NCBI GenBank assembly: GCA_050250895.1
Contig: JBFWNU010000007.1
Location: forward strand, 128,001-192,000
Source: Vulcanimicrobiota bacterium
Lineage (GTDB): Bacteria; Vulcanimicrobiota; Xenobia; Xenobiales; JADMJV01
Reading direction: 5' to 3'
Length of the DNA: 64,000 nucleotides
The notes below the pieces were generated by a model. The model worked only from the letters and a program-made list of their open reading frames with translations, did not search any database and had not been told where the DNA came from. Below are positions 20,038-30,502 of the stretch, piece by piece. Made by a program: the position numbers and the translations under genes. Every line of letters begins with the position of its first letter. Position 1 is the stretch's first letter.

Positions 20038-20166
20038 CTAATCCTGAGCCGTCACAGGATCGTTAAGTGACTCGTCACGCACCAGCCAGCCCAGCATGAC
20101 CCCCATGAGCGTTCCGGTGGGCACCGCCACCGGAGCCGAAAAAAGGGCAATAGAGAGGCAATCCAT
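20038..20166 (-). CDS. Putative small leaderless membrane peptide (42 aa)
   Basis: TGCTATCAT extended -10 lies 6 nt before the ATG; hydrophobic MDCLSIALFSAPVAVPTGTLMGVMLGWLV; terminator follows. Confidence 0.45.
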   Translation of the reverse strand: MDCLSIALFSAPVAVPTGTLMGVMLGWLVRDESLNDPVTAQD

Positions 20167-20255
20167 GCACCCATGATAGCATGGACCATCCGCCCTTCCG
20201 TAACTTGTGATCCAAATCATTTGCCAGGCAAGGCTCGGGCTGGCATGCTCTAAGG

Positions 20256-21854
20256 ATGGACTCTCGGCTCGTGATCCTGCTGGTGCTGAGCCTGGCTATC
20301 GCCTGCCACCGCCCATCTGGCCCGTCGCCCAGGATAGACCACCACTACAGCCGTGAGCCGGCCAACCTGCGCATGCTCGTCGATCAGGTCCACGCCCATC
20401 CCATGGAATATCCGTCCGGGCTCGATAAGACCCACTACGGCTACTATGAAGTTTCGAACTGGGACCGCCTGCTCACCCATCTGGGCCGGCTGGGAGTGTC
20501 GTCGGACGTGTTGCTGGAAGGTCGGATCACGACCCAGTTGCTGGCGGACTATCAACTGTTCTATCTCTTCTTTCCCTCCCAGCCGGCACCAGCGCTTGAC
20601 CCCGACGAGCTAGCTGCCCTCGAGAGCTGGGTTCGGAATGGAGGCGGGTTGTTCGTGGTCGGCGAGCACAGCAACGCCAATCAGAACGCCCAGCGGCTCA
20701 ACCCGTTGCTGCAGAGATTCGGTATGAAGCTTTCCTACGCCACTCTGGTCGATGCCCAGGCGACCTTTGCGTTTGGAGGCTGGGATAAGCAGCGAGCCCT
20801 GATGGAGCACCCGGTCACCCGGGGGGTTCGCGCCCTGGCGGTGGTCTCGGCGGGGTCCATCGACCTCGAGCCTGCTCATCCCGACCACCCCCGGGCCCTG
20901 GCCTTGAGTAGCCCCTCGGCCTTCCTCGATAGCTGGGACCCTAAAGCTCCCGAGGCCGGCTACTCGGGCAACCTCCTTCGTGATGACGGCGAGCCGCAGG
21001 GCCAGTTTGCGGCCCTGGCGGCGGCCACGCCGGGGCGCGGTCGGGTCGTGGTGGTGGCCGACCACAACGCTTTCTCTAACGTCTTTCTCTATTACGGTGA
21101 CAACCTGACCCTGGCCGCTCAGGGATTTGCCTGGTTGGCGGCCGGAGCTTTACCTCTGCCATCTCGAGATGACGGCGGTGCCGAGACCTTTTCGCTATTG
21201 ATGCCCGAGACGACCATGCCCAGCGATGTGATGACTCCTCATAGTTTCGAGCATGGCCTGGCGGCGACCAGTTTCTTCACCTTCTACACCGCCCTCAATC
21301 GCCATCCCCAGGTGAGGGTGCACTGCACCGAGTGGCTCGAGGGTCGCTATTCGGCCATCTTGCTTTGTCCTCAGAAGGGCCGTTTCACCAGCGCCTACCT
21401 CGATTACCTGGAGCGGGCTCGGCAACAGGGGACGACCGTGATCGTGATGGTCGACCAGCCGTTAGGGCAGGGCACGCTGCAGGTGCTCGAGCGATTGGCC
21501 GTTGCGACCCCAGGACCGGCGGCCCCGGGGCACGAGCCGGTCAAGCTGCGCGTGGGCCCGCGCGAGCTGGGGATGACCGAAGTCGCTTACCTTGGTTGGG
21601 CTGGCCTTGAAGGCCAGCCGGTGGTCGAACTGCACGGCTCGGCGGGGGTTGTTCCGGTAGTGGTCCAGGCGGCCCCTGGCGTGCAGCTGTTCTTGCAGCC
21701 GCGCATGGTTCGCAACGACGCCTTTCGCACAGCCCACGGTGGAGTGCTGGGAACGGGGCCTCTCAAGCCTGCCGACATGGTCGTTTTCGAGACCGTATGG
21801 GCCTGGCTCGATACCCTGGTGGCCAAGGAAAAATCCCTACCGGCAAGCCGATAG
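20256..21854 (+). CDS. Putative lipoprotein with a class I GATase-like (DUF4350/GIFT-type) domain
   Basis: Lipobox LAIAC; ELAALESWVRNGGGLFVVGEH, HPVTRGV, GRGRVVVVAD. Confidence 0.65.
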   Translation: MDSRLVILLVLSLAIACHRPSGPSPRIDHHYSREPANLRMLVDQVHAHPMEYPSGLDKTHYGYYEVSNWDRLLTHLGRLGVSSDVLLEGRITTQLLADYQLFYLFFPSQPAPALDPDELAALESWVRNGGGLFVVGEHSNANQNAQRLNPLLQRFGMKLSYATLVDAQATFAFGGWDKQRALMEHPVTRGVRALAVVSAGSIDLEPAHPDHPRALALSSPSAFLDSWDPKAPEAGYSGNLLRDDGEPQGQFAALAAATPGRGRVVVVADHNAFSNVFLYYGDNLTLAAQGFAWLAAGALPLPSRDDGGAETFSLLMPETTMPSDVMTPHSFEHGLAATSFFTFYTALNRHPQVRVHCTEWLEGRYSAILLCPQKGRFTSAYLDYLERARQQGTTVIVMVDQPLGQGTLQVLERLAVATPGPAAPGHEPVKLRVGPRELGMTEVAYLGWAGLEGQPVVELHGSAGVVPVVVQAAPGVQLFLQPRMVRNDAFRTAHGGVLGTGPLKPADMVVFETVWAWLDTLVAKEKSLPASR

Positions 21855-21879
21855 GGATTCTGAGTCGATTTCTGATAGT

Positions 21880-23052
21880 TTAGTTGACGGCCTGATAGAT
21901 GAGGTAGCCGGCACCGGCGGCGACGCCCGCGGCCACCACTCCCGAGATCACCGGGTGTTCTTTGATGAAGCCGCCGACTTCGCCCATGCCGTCTTTGCTC
22001 GAGTCGATGGCCTGGCCAACCCAGCCAGCCACGGTGTCGGGCACGCCGGCCTGATTGAGCAGCACCCCGGTGGCCACGCCGCCGGCCATCACCATCGAGG
22101 TTGCGACGATGGGGTGGTCATAGGCCCAGGCGGTGACGTCTTGCCGCACCTGATCGGCGCTGCGGCCCGTCTGGGCGGCGTAATCTTTGATTTTTTCGGT
22201 CAGGGTGCGATTGACCTCGGCGGCCTTGGCCTGAGGGTCACCCTCGTGGGACTGCAACTGGGTTTCGAGGTCGCTAAAGGTCTTCTCCATCGCTTCGGCG
22301 GCTTCACCGGTAGGCTTCTGCGGGATGGCGGCCTGAGGAGCGATAAAGTTGTCATAAATCAGATACGCGCTGACGGCGGTCACAGCTACGATGCCGGCCG
22401 TTTCCCAGGGGTGGGTCTTGATCCATTGGCCCAGGTCACCGAGCGATTCGCCAACCTGGTCGGTCACTCCGAAGCGGTCGAGTCCGATGCCGATGGCGGT
22501 GCCGGTGGTCACGGCCACGGCCACGGCCACCTTGGGGTGCTCGCGAATGACGTTGGCCAGGTCGTTGATGAGGGCCTGGCCCTTCTGGCCGGTCGCCCGC
22601 GAGTAGTCGGCAATGGCGCGGATGGCCTGGCCGGTGAAGGCTTCGACATCGCCCTCGCCGGCTTTGGCTTCATTCATCGTCTTTTCCAGGTCGTTGAGGG
22701 TGTTGCTCAAAGCTTCTTTGGCTTCACTGTTCTGGGTGACGCCGGTGGTGGTGCCCGGCTGCTGGCTACAGCCAGCCAGGGCGCCGACCCCGATCACGCC
22801 AACCATGGCCAGGCCGACGCCGCGCATCCAACTGGAAAGCCCGGCCTGGCGGCCCTGTCCGGTCTCGGCGGTGGGCTCGAGGCTCGGTTTTTCAGAACTG
22901 ATTCCAGCCAGCGGCGAGTAGATGCCGGGGGCTGCGGTATGACTGAGAGCCAGGCCGTCGGTGGGCGGCTGGCCTTCAGGGGCAGCCGGGCTGGCAGCGG
23001 CGCGAAATGGCAGGGCTGCGACGGTCTTGCTGGTCAGGGCGTTGGCTTGCAT
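21880..23052 (-). CDS. Membrane protein with an internal duplication and four ElaB/YqjD(DUF883)-like HP-TM motifs
   Basis: GGAGAG RBS before ATG 23052; IREHP, IKTHP, AYDHP and IKEHP each precede a Gly/Ala-rich helix. Confidence 0.7.
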   Translation of the reverse strand: MQANALTSKTVAALPFRAAASPAAPEGQPPTDGLALSHTAAPGIYSPLAGISSEKPSLEPTAETGQGRQAGLSSWMRGVGLAMVGVIGVGALAGCSQQPGTTTGVTQNSEAKEALSNTLNDLEKTMNEAKAGEGDVEAFTGQAIRAIADYSRATGQKGQALINDLANVIREHPKVAVAVAVTTGTAIGIGLDRFGVTDQVGESLGDLGQWIKTHPWETAGIVAVTAVSAYLIYDNFIAPQAAIPQKPTGEAAEAMEKTFSDLETQLQSHEGDPQAKAAEVNRTLTEKIKDYAAQTGRSADQVRQDVTAWAYDHPIVATSMVMAGGVATGVLLNQAGVPDTVAGWVGQAIDSSKDGMGEVGGFIKEHPVISGVVAAGVAAGAGYLIYQAVN

Positions 23053-23170
23053 TGTGATCTCTCCATCTATAGTGTCCGACCATAACATATCCCCCCCGGC
23101 TGAAAGAATCGTGAAAGAGGAGATTCGCTATGCCCGCCAAAGACGCGCGGCGATATAGCAAGGAGGTAGT

Positions 23171-24235
23171 GTGCATCGAATCGCGGTTTTGGCAGGGGAC
23201 GGTATCGGGCCGGAGGTGTGCGTTCAGGGCTTGAGAGTGCTCGAACGAGCGGCAGAGTTGGCGGGCTTTTCCTACGAGACGGTGGAGTATCCCTTCGGGG
23301 CCGAGCACTACCTGGCGACAGGCGACCTTTTTCCCCAGTCGGCCTTCGAAGAAATCAGTCGCTGCGACGCTATCTTCCTGGGAGCCATCGGCGACCCGCG
23401 CTGCCCACCGGGCTTGTTGGAGCGGGGCATCGTGGCCAAATTGCGCTTCGAACTCGATCTCTACGTCAACTTGCGCCCCATCAAGCTGTTCGCCGAGCAC
23501 GTCTGTCCGCTCAAGGACAAGACGTGTGCCGATGTCGATATGTTGGTGGTCCGCGAGAATACCGAAGGGGAATATCTGGCGCTGGGCGGGTTCGTTCGCA
23601 AAGGAACTCCCCACGAGATCGCCACCCTCGAGTGTCTCTACACTCGCATGGGGGTCGAGCGCGTCATTCGGTATGCCTTCGAGCAAGCCCGTTTGCGACC
23701 GCGCAAGAAGCTGACCCTGGTCGACAAGGTCAACGCCATTCCGGCTCACGACCTGTGGCGCCGAACCTTCGCCGAGGTAGCCCAGGAGTACCCCGATATT
23801 GAAACCGATGGGGCCTATGTCGATGCGGCCGCCATGTGGATGGTCAAGAACCCCGAGTGGTTTGACGTGGTGGTGACGCCCAATCTCTTCGGCGACATTC
23901 TCACCGACCTGGGGGCCACCATCCAGGGCGGCATGGGCCTGGCCGCCTCGGGCAATCTGCACCCCGGCAAAGTGTCGATGTTCGAGCCTATCCACGGCTC
24001 GGCGCCGCGCCACGCCGGTAAAAACATCGCCAACCCTCTGGCGGCCATTCTAGCTGCCGCCATGATGTGCGAGCACCTGGGCCATGCCGGGGCTGCCCGC
24101 CTGATCGAAGGCGCCGTGCAGAACCTTTTCGACCAGAAGATTCTCACCGACCTGTCCACCAGCAGCGGTCGCAAGACTACCGAGATCGGGGACCTGGTCC
24201 TCGAGCAACTGACCAAACAGCCGTTGCCGGCTTGA
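23171..24235 (+). CDS. leuB: 3-isopropylmalate dehydrogenase (isocitrate/IPM/tartrate DH family)
   Basis: GDGIGPEV, LYVNLRP, VRENTEGEY, NLFGDILTD, EPIHGSAP. Family is certain; exact substrate is inferred. Confidence 0.8.
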   Translation: MHRIAVLAGDGIGPEVCVQGLRVLERAAELAGFSYETVEYPFGAEHYLATGDLFPQSAFEEISRCDAIFLGAIGDPRCPPGLLERGIVAKLRFELDLYVNLRPIKLFAEHVCPLKDKTCADVDMLVVRENTEGEYLALGGFVRKGTPHEIATLECLYTRMGVERVIRYAFEQARLRPRKKLTLVDKVNAIPAHDLWRRTFAEVAQEYPDIETDGAYVDAAAMWMVKNPEWFDVVVTPNLFGDILTDLGATIQGGMGLAASGNLHPGKVSMFEPIHGSAPRHAGKNIANPLAAILAAAMMCEHLGHAGAARLIEGAVQNLFDQKILTDLSTSSGRKTTEIGDLVLEQLTKQPLPA

Positions 24236-24254
24236 TCTTTTTTGGAGGAAGACT

Positions 24255-25172
24255 GTGAGCGTGCAAGCACCCGCTAAAGTGCAAGTGAAGACTATCGCCG
24301 TAATCGGCTCGGGCACCATGGGCTCGGGAATCGCCCAGGTGGCGGCCGCCGCCGGCTATGAAACCATCGTCAACGATGTCGACCAGAAGTTTCTTGACCG
24401 CTGTCTGGGCGGCATCGAGAAGAGCCTCGACAAGTTCGTCTCGAAAGGCAAGTTGAGCGCCGACGACAAGAACGCCACCATGGGTCGGCTCAACGGTACC
24501 ACCGATCTCTCAGCGGTGGCCGGTGCCGACCTGGTCATCGAGGCCGTGACCGAGAAGATCGAGGTCAAACGCGACCTCTTTGGACGGCTCGATGAGTTGT
24601 GCAAACCCGAGACAATGCTGGCCACCAACACCTCGTCGCTGTCGGTCACCGAGATGGCCCAGTGCACCAAACGGGGTCAGCAGGTGGTGGGGATGCATTT
24701 TTTCAATCCGCCGGCCCTGATGAAGCTGGTCGAAGTGGTGCGTACACCGCTCACGTCGGACGCGACCTTCGCGGCCGCCTGGGAGGTGGCCGAGAAGATG
24801 GGTAAGGCTCCCATTGAAACCCGCGACACGCCGGGCTTCATCTTTAATCGCCTGATCATCCCTTATCTCAATGAGGCCATTTGGGCGGTAGCCGAGGGAG
24901 TGGGCAAGGTCGACGACATCGACCGGGCCATGAAGCTGGGTGGCAACATGCCCATCGGTCCGCTGGCCCTGCTCGACCTTATCGGCATCGATGTGCAGTT
25001 GCACGCGTGCTCGGCCCTGCATCGCGAGTTCGGTGATCCCAAATTTCGGGTCTGCCCCCTGACCACCCAGATGGTCCGGGCCGGCTACCACGGTCGCAAG
25101 ACCGGCATCGGCTTTTATGACTACAAGAACGATCCGCCCACCCCGGTGGGTCTTTCCATCTTCAAATTCTAA
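24255..25172 (+). CDS. hbd: 3-hydroxybutyryl/hydroxyacyl-CoA dehydrogenase
   Basis: GSGTMGSGIA, EAVTE, NTSSLS, GMHFFNP, GRKTGIGFY. Confidence 0.9.
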   Translation: MSVQAPAKVQVKTIAVIGSGTMGSGIAQVAAAAGYETIVNDVDQKFLDRCLGGIEKSLDKFVSKGKLSADDKNATMGRLNGTTDLSAVAGADLVIEAVTEKIEVKRDLFGRLDELCKPETMLATNTSSLSVTEMAQCTKRGQQVVGMHFFNPPALMKLVEVVRTPLTSDATFAAAWEVAEKMGKAPIETRDTPGFIFNRLIIPYLNEAIWAVAEGVGKVDDIDRAMKLGGNMPIGPLALLDLIGIDVQLHACSALHREFGDPKFRVCPLTTQMVRAGYHGRKTGIGFYDYKNDPPTPVGLSIFKF

Positions 25173-25183
25173 GAGGAGGCCCT

Positions 25184-25981
25184 ATGCGGGGTGTCAACCA
25201 GAGTTACGAGAATCTGATTCTGTGCTTCGAAGACGGCCTGGCCGTGATGGTCATCAACCGTCCCAAGGCGCTCAACGCTCTCAATAGTTCGCTCATCGAG
25301 CAGATGAGCAAGGCCCTCGACGAGATCGAGGCCGACAAGAAGAATCGTGTTCTTCTGATCACCGGTTCAGGCGACAAGGCCTTCGTGGCCGGTGCCGACA
25401 TCTCTCAGCTAAAAGGGCTCAGTCAGCGGCAGGGTCAGGCTGCCTCGAAAAAGGGCCAGAAGCTGTTTGATCGCATCGAGAACTCTCGGCTGTTCTCGAT
25501 TGCGGCTGTCAACGGATTCGCTCTGGGCGGCGGGTTGGAGCTGGCCCTGGCTTGCGACATGCGAGTAGCCAGCAACAACGCCACCGTGGGTCTGCCCGAA
25601 GTGGGTCTGGGAATCATTCCCGGCTATGGGGGCACCCAGCGCTTGCCGCGCCTGGTGGGCAAAGGGCGGGCTCTCGAGCTGATCGCGACCGGCCGCAAGA
25701 TCGACGCGGGCCACGCCTGGCGTATCGGTCTGGTCAACCACGTGGTGCCCCCCGAGCAGTTGCTCGACACCTGCCGCGGCATTGCCCGCGAAGTGCTGGC
25801 GGCGGCTCCCCTGGCCGTCGAAGCAGCCAAGACATGCGTCAACAAGGGTCTGGCCAAAGGTCAGACCGAGGGTCAAAAGTCCGAGTCGCGCGAGTTCGGT
25901 TTGCTCTGTCTCACCGATGACGTCAGCGAAGGGATGGGAGCCTTTCTCGAGAAGCGCCGACCCGTCTTCCAGGGAAGTTAG
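25184..25981 (+). CDS. crt: Enoyl-CoA hydratase (crotonase)
   Basis: NRPKALNAL, AFVAGADI, GFALGGGLELALACD, PEVGLGIIPGYGGTQRL. Confidence 0.92.
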   Translation: MRGVNQSYENLILCFEDGLAVMVINRPKALNALNSSLIEQMSKALDEIEADKKNRVLLITGSGDKAFVAGADISQLKGLSQRQGQAASKKGQKLFDRIENSRLFSIAAVNGFALGGGLELALACDMRVASNNATVGLPEVGLGIIPGYGGTQRLPRLVGKGRALELIATGRKIDAGHAWRIGLVNHVVPPEQLLDTCRGIAREVLAAAPLAVEAAKTCVNKGLAKGQTEGQKSESREFGLLCLTDDVSEGMGAFLEKRRPVFQGS

Positions 25982-25989
25982 GAGAAAAT

Positions 25990-27180
25990 ATGCTAGATAA
26001 AGAAATCGTAATCGTCGGTGGAGCTCGCACCCCTTTTGGTAAGTTTGGCGGCGGGCTCAAGGATTTGACGGCCACCGATCTGGCCTATCTGGCCTCGAAA
26101 GAGGCGCTCCATCGTAGCGCCGTCAAACCTGAAGAGATCGACCACGTCATCTTCGGCAACGTGATGCAGACTTCGGCCGATGCGCCCTATCTCGCTCGCC
26201 ATGTGGGTCTGCGTTGCGAGGTGCCGATTCCGGTTCCGGCTTACATCGTCAACCGTCTCTGCGGCTCGGGTTTTCAGGCCGTCATCAACGGGGCCCAGGA
26301 GATTTTGTTGGGCAACGCCGATGAGGTGTTGGTGGGCGGGACCGAAGCCATGAGCATGGCCCCCCACAACGTCCGCGGTGCTCGCTGGGGTCTCAAGCTG
26401 GGTCAGGCTCCCATGGAAGATTCTTTGTGGGCCACCCTCACCGACAGCTACTGCGGCGCTTCCATGGCCATGACGGCCGAGAACCTGGCCGCCCAGTACG
26501 AGGTCAGCCGCGAAGAGGCCGACGAGTATGCCTATCGCAGCCATATGCTGGCTCACCAGGCCTGGGAAGAAGGCCACATGCAAGAAGAGGTGGTGGCCGT
26601 GGAAGTGCCCGGCAAGAAGGGCATGGTCCGCATCGAGCGCGACGAGCATATCCGCCCCGAGACCAACCTCGAGTCGCTGGCCAAACTCAAACCCGTCTTC
26701 AAGATGGACGGCCAGGTCACGGCCGCCAACTCTTCGGGCATCAACGACGGCGCGGCCGCCCTGGTGCTGACCACGGCTGCCTCGGCCAAATCGCGTGAGG
26801 TCAAGCCGCTGGGCCGCCTGATTGCCTGGGCCGTCAAAGGGGTTCAGCCCGACATCATGGGCATCGGCCCCGCGCCAGCCAGCCGCGAAGCTCTGCATCG
26901 CGCCGGGCTCAAGCTCGAGGAGATGGACCTGGTCGAGGTCAACGAGGCTTTCGCTTCGCAGTATCTGGCCGTCGAGCGTGAACTGGGTCTGGTGCGCGAG
27001 AAGACCAACATCAACGGCGGAGCCATCGCGCTGGGCCATCCTCTGGGGGCCTCCGGAGCCCGTATCACCCTGAGTTTGCTCTATTCGTTGCGGCGGCACA
27101 AGCTGCGCTACGGATTGGCTTCGGCTTGCATCGGTGGCGGGCAAGGCATCGCTCTCATCGTCGAATCGTTCAACCACTAG
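25990..27180 (+). CDS. Acetyl-CoA C-acetyltransferase (thiolase)
   Basis: [26 protein letters not shown]. Confidence 0.95.
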   Translation: MLDKEIVIVGGARTPFGKFGGGLKDLTATDLAYLASKEALHRSAVKPEEIDHVIFGNVMQTSADAPYLARHVGLRCEVPIPVPAYIVNRLCGSGFQAVINGAQEILLGNADEVLVGGTEAMSMAPHNVRGARWGLKLGQAPMEDSLWATLTDSYCGASMAMTAENLAAQYEVSREEADEYAYRSHMLAHQAWEEGHMQEEVVAVEVPGKKGMVRIERDEHIRPETNLESLAKLKPVFKMDGQVTAANSSGINDGAAALVLTTAASAKSREVKPLGRLIAWAVKGVQPDIMGIGPAPASREALHRAGLKLEEMDLVEVNEAFASQYLAVERELGLVREKTNINGGAIALGHPLGASGARITLSLLYSLRRHKLRYGLASACIGGGQGIALIVESFNH

Positions 27181-27181
27181 C

Positions 27182-28369
27182 GTGCTCAGCGTCGCTGATG
27201 CGCTGACTCGTATTCTGGCGGTCGTCGAGCCCTTGCCGACGGCCGCCGTGCCTTTGGACGAGGCTCTGGGTCTGGTCCTGGCCGAGCCGATGATCGCCAG
27301 CCGCGCCGAGCCGTCGTTTGACAACTCGGCCGTGGATGGCTTTGCCGTACGCAGCGAGGATGTGGTCGAGGCTCCGGTCCGCCTGGAGATCATCGAAGAG
27401 ATCCCGGCTGGAGTCGTGCCCCAGAAGAGCCTCGGGCCGGGTCAGGCCAGCCGAATCATGACCGGTGCCATGCTGCCGGCTGGGGCCGACGCTTCGGTGA
27501 TGGTCGAACAGACCGAAGACCACGGTCCGAGCGTCACCATCGGGGCCGGCGTGGTGGCCGGCGAGAACGTGCGCCGAGCCGGCGAACACCTCGAGGTGGG
27601 CGAAGAAGTGGTGGCCGCCGGCCGCGCTCTCGATCCCGCCTGCCTGGGCATGGCTGCCAACCTGGGGTTGGCCGAGTTACCTTGTGTGCGTCGCGCCAGA
27701 GTGGCCGTGCTCACCACTGGCGATGAACTGGTCGAGCCAGGCCGACCGTTGGCCCCGGGTCAGATTTACAACAGCAACAGCTATGCCCTGCGGGCTCAAC
27801 TGCGCCGCCTGGGGGCGGAGGTGGTGAATCTGGGCATCGGTCGCGACGACCCCGAGCAGCTGGAATCGCTGCTGGCCGGGGCACTGCCCCAGGTGGACGC
27901 CATCATCACTTCGGCCGGGGTTTCGATGGGCAAGCACGACTACGTCCTCAGGGTGCTCGAGAAGCTGGGCGGAGAGCTCAACTTCTGGAAGCTCAAGATG
28001 CGACCTGGCAAGCCCCTGGCCTTTGGAACCCTGGGCAAGATCCCGTTGTTTGGTCTGCCCGGCAATCCTGTCTCGAGCATGGTCGGCTTCGAACTGTTCG
28101 TGCGCCCGGCCCTGGCGCGCATGATGGGGCTCGACTGGCAACCCGAAAAGGTTCAGGTACGCCTGGGCGAGACCCTGACCAAGCGCGATGGCTTTGCCTT
28201 CTTCTTCCGGGGTGTGGTCCAAGACGGTCTGGTCTGGTCGACCGGCCCCCAGGGGTCGCACATGCTAAAATCCATGACCGAGGCCGATGGTCTCATCGAA
28301 CTGCCCGAGGAGGGTTCTCATTTTGCCGTGGGCACACCCGTCACGGTGCGTCTTTTCGACTGGCGATGA
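27182..28369 (+). CDS. moeA: Molybdopterin molybdotransferase
   Basis: [37 protein letters not shown] start at 27182. Confidence 0.95.
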   Translation: MLSVADALTRILAVVEPLPTAAVPLDEALGLVLAEPMIASRAEPSFDNSAVDGFAVRSEDVVEAPVRLEIIEEIPAGVVPQKSLGPGQASRIMTGAMLPAGADASVMVEQTEDHGPSVTIGAGVVAGENVRRAGEHLEVGEEVVAAGRALDPACLGMAANLGLAELPCVRRARVAVLTTGDELVEPGRPLAPGQIYNSNSYALRAQLRRLGAEVVNLGIGRDDPEQLESLLAGALPQVDAIITSAGVSMGKHDYVLRVLEKLGGELNFWKLKMRPGKPLAFGTLGKIPLFGLPGNPVSSMVGFELFVRPALARMMGLDWQPEKVQVRLGETLTKRDGFAFFFRGVVQDGLVWSTGPQGSHMLKSMTEADGLIELPEEGSHFAVGTPVTVRLFDWR

Positions 28370-29319
28370 CCAATCTCGATCGTCTTGAGCGCGATTTCGC
28401 CGGTTTGGCGGATTATCACCAGGCCCTGGCCACCTACTTCGGTGTCGACCCGACCACCTATCGCAGCCGCATCGAGCAGGGGCTCGAGAGCCATGCCTAC
28501 GAGACCCTGGCCAAGGGTTGCAAGCGCTGGCAAGCGGTGGGCATCTTGCCCGACCTCGAGGTCAAAACCGACGCCCAGGTGGGTGAGGTCTGGACCAATC
28601 TGGTCTTTCAGGTGTTTCTCGATGCGGGGCTGGACTTCTCGCCCCCGGCCGAGGCCGACCTGGCGGCCGAGCTTGCGCCGGCTCTGATGGATTTTTCTGA
28701 CTTGCGCCAGCGACGCAACCAGCGTCTGCTCGAGCTCAAAGGTGGGGCCCCTTACTGGCGCTCGGTGATCGGCTTTCACGCCCATGAGCTGTATCTCGAG
28801 CCATTTCTGCTGGGCGGATCCCTGCTAGGATGCGACCTGGCTTGTGGCTGGGGCCGGGCCAGTCTGACCATGACCAACTGGCGCGACCGCCGGGTGTTGG
28901 GAATCGACCTCTCCGAAGCCGGGCTGACTCGGTATCGCGAACTGGCCGAGCGCCGGGGGGTGGGAGGGCAGGTCGACACCCGGGTGGGCAGCCTCGAGGC
29001 TCTACCCTTGGATGACGCCAGTGTAGACTTCTTCTTCGCCTTCGATATCTTCGAGCACATGACCGATGAATTGCTCGCTCGCGTGTTGCGCGAGATTCTT
29101 CGCTGCGCCAAGGATTGCGCCGTGCTTTATGCCGAGATCCCTCTGTTGGCCTTTTGCCCGCCTCTGACGCATCTGCAGAATTTCACTATCGAATCGGTGG
29201 TCGAGCGCTTTCACGCCACCGAGGCTCACGGTCGCACCTTTCGCGTGCTGCAATACCATCCCGAGGTCAGCGACCAATTTACCTTTTGGATGGGTCCGAC
29301 CTCGCTGCTGGGCGGGTAG
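28366..29319 (+). CDS. Class I SAM-dependent methyltransferase with an N-terminal extension
   Basis: [26 protein letters not shown]. Confidence 0.85.
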   Translation: MTNLDRLERDFAGLADYHQALATYFGVDPTTYRSRIEQGLESHAYETLAKGCKRWQAVGILPDLEVKTDAQVGEVWTNLVFQVFLDAGLDFSPPAEADLAAELAPALMDFSDLRQRRNQRLLELKGGAPYWRSVIGFHAHELYLEPFLLGGSLLGCDLACGWGRASLTMTNWRDRRVLGIDLSEAGLTRYRELAERRGVGGQVDTRVGSLEALPLDDASVDFFFAFDIFEHMTDELLARVLREILRCAKDCAVLYAEIPLLAFCPPLTHLQNFTIESVVERFHATEAHGRTFRVLQYHPEVSDQFTFWMGPTSLLGG

Positions 29320-29347
29320 GTCGGGTGCCGAGCCCGAAGGCGGGCCC

Positions 29348-29773
29348 ATGCGATTCGTAGTGGTATTTCTGCTTCTCGGCTTGCCTTGTCTGGCCCAGAC
29401 CAGCGAATGGGAACGGATCGACCGGACCTATGTGCAAGAGACTGCTCTGCCCGGGGCCGACAAGGTCGGCGACTACGGCCGTAGCCAGATCGGCACCCAC
29501 CCCTTTTGGGAGGTGGTGGCCACGGGCGGGCTCAACGCTCGCATGGGCAAGGGCGACACCGGTCTGGTCAACACCTGGCCCGTGGTGGGCCTGTTTCCTC
29601 AGGGTATGGTTCTGACCGCCTACCGAGGCCCCGACGGCCAGACCGGTCTGCTGGCCGTCTTCGATCGGGACGGCAAGAGTTGGCTTCGGGTGTTGCATCC
29701 AACAGGAGCCGGCTATTGCTACGTCCGGGCTCATAGCGACTATGTGCGGCCGGTGCGGGTCTTGGAAAAGTAA
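29348..29773 (+). CDS. Exported hypothetical protein (SH3-like)
   Basis: Signal peptide MRFVVVFLLLGLPCLA; GLNARMG...SWLRV...CYVRA resembles a bacterial SH3 domain. Confidence 0.55.
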   Translation: MRFVVVFLLLGLPCLAQTSEWERIDRTYVQETALPGADKVGDYGRSQIGTHPFWEVVATGGLNARMGKGDTGLVNTWPVVGLFPQGMVLTAYRGPDGQTGLLAVFDRDGKSWLRVLHPTGAGYCYVRAHSDYVRPVRVLEK

Positions 29774-29777
29774 AGTT

Positions 29778-30446
29778 TCATGCTTGAAAGACTGGCTGTT
29801 TCGCCAGCAACTCCTTTCCGACCTGACTTTCGAAGGCTGCCACCAGGGCCTGGGCTCGGGCCGGTGCGTCTTGGGGATGCCTGTCCTGATAGGGTGGCGC
29901 AGGGTAGTATTCCAGACCCAAACCGATGGTTCGAGCAGTCTCGGCTCCGGCCAGCAATTCCACCAGGTAAAGGGCCGCATCCAGGCTGGCCGAGACACCG
30001 GCGCCGGTAAGGTACTTACCCGAGCGGCAATAGCGCGCCTCGACAACCTCCAGGCCGTATTGGGCCAGGCGGCCACGGTAGAACCAGTTGGTGGTGACCC
30101 GTTGGCCCTCGAGCAGGCCGGCCGCGGCCAGCAGGCCGACCCCGTTGCAGATGCCGACCGTCCAGGTCGAGGTGGCGTCGAGCCGGCTCAACTGAGCCAG
30201 CCAGGGGCGGTCGTGCAAGAGGACTTCCACCCCGGGCCCGCCGGGTACATAGAGGATGTCGGTAGCTTGGAGGTGGTCGAGTTGGCGGTAGGCTAGAAGG
30301 CCTAACTGGCGTGTGTCGGCCGCGATGACCCCAGGGTTGGCGGCCACGAATTCGACCTCCAGGCCGGGCAGGCGACTCAAGACCTCGTAGCCACCGACCG
30401 CGTCCAGGGTGGTGAATCCGTCAAAAAGGACGATGCTAAGTCTCAT
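29778..30446 (-). CDS. DJ-1/PfpI family protein (isonitrile hydratase-like)
   Basis: LDAVGGYEV, VPGG, GICNG, GAGVSA, LEYYPAPPY. Confidence 0.9.
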   Translation of the reverse strand: MRLSIVLFDGFTTLDAVGGYEVLSRLPGLEVEFVAANPGVIAADTRQLGLLAYRQLDHLQATDILYVPGGPGVEVLLHDRPWLAQLSRLDATSTWTVGICNGVGLLAAAGLLEGQRVTTNWFYRGRLAQYGLEVVEARYCRSGKYLTGAGVSASLDAALYLVELLAGAETARTIGLGLEYYPAPPYQDRHPQDAPARAQALVAAFESQVGKELLAKQPVFQA

Positions 30447-30502
30447 AGAGCCAGTATGAAGGTCGGCAGGGATTCCTGACCACTGGCGAAATAGACACAG
30501 TT

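Noticed and set aside
23171-29319. leuB-hbd-crt-thiolase-moeA-methyltransferase as a novel biosynthetic pathway
   Set aside because: These are all ordinary housekeeping families with no carrier protein or scaffold enzyme; a mixed operon is the simpler explanation.
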